Shown here piece after piece: positions 61,279-64,000 of a DNA stretch of 64,000 bases. The translations under genes were made by a program, and so were the position numbers. Within the stretch, counting starts at the first letter, position 1, and every line of letters begins with the position of its first letter. The notes under the pieces were generated by a model that worked only from the letters and a program-made list of their open reading frames with translations, was not told where the DNA came from and made no database searches. The stretch is from Coleofasciculus sp. B1-GNL1-01. Its GTDB lineage: Bacteria; Cyanobacteriota; Cyanobacteriia; Cyanobacteriales; Coleofasciculaceae. The stretch is from NCBI GenBank assembly GCA_040220235.1, contig JAVJTO010000017.1. One strand, 5' to 3'.

Positions 61279-63990
61279 GTGGGAAATATGGCACAAAAAA
61301 CTCATCCGTTGCTGGTACAGGCATCGGAAAGTGAGGAAGCTGGAGAGGTAGAGTCCAGGGGAATACGGGAGATGTTGGGCAGATTGAGCCGCAAAAGTTG
61401 TTCAAAGCTGGCAGGATACACCAGAGTAGGCAGTGTAGCGCTCACCAGTTGTGTCTGGCTGGCTTGGGGTAGCAGCACTGTTGCCCAGATTATCCCCGAT
61501 GAAGCCTGGGGAGACGAACAATCGGTTCGTACCCCTAATGCTCCACTCCTTGACGGAACTCTAGCTGATTTTCTGATTGAGGCGGGAGCGACTCGTGGCG
61601 CGAACCGATTCCACAGTTTTGAACAATTTGATATTGGGGAAGGACAAAGTGTCTATTTTGATTCTCCCCAAGGCATTGAAAACATTTTTAGTCGGGTAAG
61701 GGGAAATGACGCTTCGGATATTCTGGGGACATTGGGTGTCAATGGTGGGGCAAATCTGTTTTTGATTAATCCCAATGGGATTATTTTTGGCGAGAGTGCC
61801 AAGCTAGATGTTAACGGTTCGTTTGTCGCAACGACAGCCAATGGTATTCAGTTTGGGGAACAGGGGTTTTTTAGTACCACACAGTTAGAGGCTCCTTCGC
61901 CATTACTGACAGTGAATCCTTCGGCGTTTCTGTTTAATCAAATCACACTAGGGAGAATTGAATCGCGCTCAGTTGCATTTGCCGGATTTACCCCATTATT
62001 CCCTCTATTGGGATTGAAAGTCCCTGATGGTCAGAGTCTGCTGCTAGTGGGTGGAGATATCCTCATTGATGGACAATTTAACTTTGGAGGATTGGCTGCA
62101 ATAGAAGGTCGATTGGAATTAGCCGCCGTTGCGGGTTCAGGAACAGTAGGACTGACTGTTGATGGCGATAGCCTCTCGTTGAATTTTCCCTCAGAAATAC
62201 CGCGAGGGGATATAGCCTTGACCAATGGCGCTTTTGTCACTACGGCGGGTGAAGGTGGGGGTGATATTCAAGTCTGGGGTAAGGAAATTACCCTAACTAA
62301 CTTTTCTCGACTTTTTTCTGGTTCTTTTGGTACAGGTAAGGGCGGAAATATTGTGGTGAATGCCTCCGAAAGAGTGCAAGCTAGTGGTTTGGAAAGTGGC
62401 TTTTTTGCAAACAACTATGCAACCGGAGACGGAGGAGATGTGATAGTTACAACACCTGTGCTACAGCTAAGGGATGGATCTCAGATTGTCACTGCTACTT
62501 TTGCTCAAGGCAATGCGGGCAATATAGTAGTGAATGCCTCGGAGTCGGTAAAAGTCAGTGGCAGCGTTACAGTTGATGGTACTCCAATTTCCAGTGGTCT
62601 GAGAACGGATGCTCGATTGGATGAGGGGAATGGAGGAGATATAACGATTAACACCCCTGTACTTGAGATGAAAGACGGCGCTGTAATTGCTAGTAGCAGT
62701 TCCCGTGACAGCACAGGTGATGGAGGGGATATAAAAGTATTTGCCTCAGAGTCGGTGCAACTGATGGGCGAGAGCCGTTTAACATCCCAAACAGCAGGGG
62801 AAGGCGATGCGGGTAATCTGAGGATTGATACGCCCTTACTGATGGTGCAAAATCAGGCAGAAATTACAGCAGATACCATTAGGAGGGGAAAGGCGGGAAT
62901 TATAGAAATTAACGCCGCTCAAGTGCAACTCGATGGTGGCGGAATTATTGCAAGTGGTACGTTTGGCGAGGGGGATGCTGGAGACATTTTATTGCAGGTG
63001 GAAGACAGTTTAACCATCTCTGGAGATGGCAGTGGAGTGCTGGCTGAGACAGGAGAAAACTCCAGTGGCAATGGCGGCAGTATCATGATTGATTCGAGAA
63101 CAGTAGTGGTTCGGGATAGAGGGCAAATCACTGTTGAAAGTGAAGGTATTGGAACAGGAGGAAATATTAGCCTTGAAGCCGATTCTCTTATCCTGGATAC
63201 TAATGCTGGTCTTTTGGCAGACACTGATGCTAACACAGGTGGTAATATTGTGCTTACTCTTGATGACCTGTTATTGTTGCGACGTGACAGTCGCATCTCG
63301 ACAAATGCTGGTAAGGATGAAGAAAGGGGAAATGGCGGCAACATTATAATTGAAGCTGTTTTCATCGTTGCTGTTCCTAATGAAAACAGCGATATTACTG
63401 CCAACGCTTTTGAAGGACAGGGGGGTAACGTTACTATCACGACTCAAGGTTTGTTTAATCTAGTCATTCGCAGCCGCGAAGAGCTAGAAGCTTTACTGGG
63501 TACGAAGGAGCCTAGTGAATTAGATCCCATGAACTTGCAATCTAATGATGTTACTGCCATTTCACAAACGTCTCCTGAACTGAGTCGTATTCCTATCCTA
63601 ATTTTGTTAGAACTAGACCCGTCTCAGGGACTGGTAGAGTTACCCGCAGAACTTGTAGACGTGACGCGGCTGGTTGAACAAAATCTTTGTGCTGCTGCAC
63701 AGGGAAGTGAATTTATCGTAACTGGACGTGGCGGTTTGCCTACGCCTCCGAATCAGATACTTAATGCTGATGCGGCTTGGGAAGATTGGCGGATAAGTAC
63801 TGTGGAGGAATCAACGGAGATGCAGCAATCTAACCGGAACAGTCGCCAAGACGTTACAGGAAATAAGCCAAATAAATTTGTCGAAGCTCAAGGTTGGTTT
63901 AAAGATGCCAATGGTACAATTATTCTTACGACAGAACCAACAGTTGTGACCCCTCACGCAACGGGTTCGCCATCGTTCCCCTGTCAATAG
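61279..63990 (+). CDS. Filamentous haemagglutinin N-terminal domain exoprotein (TpsA-like; start uncertain)
   Basis: AQIIPD, FHSFEQF, NLFLINPNGIIFG, repeated GNGGNI motifs, and C-terminal FIVTGRGGLP / VEAQGW. Confidence 0.92.
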   Translation: MGNMAQKTHPLLVQASESEEAGEVESRGIREMLGRLSRKSCSKLAGYTRVGSVALTSCVWLAWGSSTVAQIIPDEAWGDEQSVRTPNAPLLDGTLADFLIEAGATRGANRFHSFEQFDIGEGQSVYFDSPQGIENIFSRVRGNDASDILGTLGVNGGANLFLINPNGIIFGESAKLDVNGSFVATTANGIQFGEQGFFSTTQLEAPSPLLTVNPSAFLFNQITLGRIESRSVAFAGFTPLFPLLGLKVPDGQSLLLVGGDILIDGQFNFGGLAAIEGRLELAAVAGSGTVGLTVDGDSLSLNFPSEIPRGDIALTNGAFVTTAGEGGGDIQVWGKEITLTNFSRLFSGSFGTGKGGNIVVNASERVQASGLESGFFANNYATGDGGDVIVTTPVLQLRDGSQIVTATFAQGNAGNIVVNASESVKVSGSVTVDGTPISSGLRTDARLDEGNGGDITINTPVLEMKDGAVIASSSSRDSTGDGGDIKVFASESVQLMGESRLTSQTAGEGDAGNLRIDTPLLMVQNQAEITADTIRRGKAGIIEINAAQVQLDGGGIIASGTFGEGDAGDILLQVEDSLTISGDGSGVLAETGENSSGNGGSIMIDSRTVVVRDRGQITVESEGIGTGGNISLEADSLILDTNAGLLADTDANTGGNIVLTLDDLLLLRRDSRISTNAGKDEERGNGGNIIIEAVFIVAVPNENSDITANAFEGQGGNVTITTQGLFNLVIRSREELEALLGTKEPSELDPMNLQSNDVTAISQTSPELSRIPILILLELDPSQGLVELPAELVDVTRLVEQNLCAAAQGSEFIVTGRGGLPTPPNQILNADAAWEDWRISTVEESTEMQQSNRNSRQDVTGNKPNKFVEAQGWFKDANGTIILTTEPTVVTPHATGSPSFPCQ

Positions 63991-64000
63991 TTAAATGGTT

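Noticed and set aside
1..64000. Frequent GCGATCGC octamers
   Set aside because: This is the well-known cyanobacterial HIP1, useful for taxonomy but not novel.

Overview
A chromosomal window from a filamentous cyanobacterium. The evidence is abundant HIP1 GCGATCGC, heptamer STRR runs, REP/MITE-rich spacers and an hmp motility locus. A Coleofasciculus/Oscillatoriales-type source is inferred, not proven. Most of the window is housekeeping genes (GH57, nfu, dusA, murF, cysS, CobW, plsY, mlaE, tilS, ccsA, moeB, rplT/rpmI, ppsA). It also holds a PatA-CheY-CheW-MCP (hmpA-D) cluster with divergent hmpF but no adjacent CheA, a TPR-CHAT protein and a haemagglutinin-domain exoprotein. No rRNA, tRNA, CRISPR array or intact transposase was seen. 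The most interesting signals are mostly non-coding: (1) a ~325-nt, heavily structured, promoter-equipped, ORF-less element at 2390-2714 that ends like a TnpB/IS605 omega-RNA (candidate orphan guide RNA); (2) a candidate ~78-nt sRNA with a duplicated 13-mer and terminator at 57849-57926; (3) a four-unit Pho-box-like array in front of an EEP phosphatase; (4) a nested hierarchy of MITEs, REP doublets and ~27-bp site-specific inserts. Several proteins look catalytically dead or chimeric: a pseudokinase-TPR, a 2OG-dioxygenase-like protein without its iron triad, and a truncated ATPase-TPR fusion. All calls are from reading the sequence; no searches were run.
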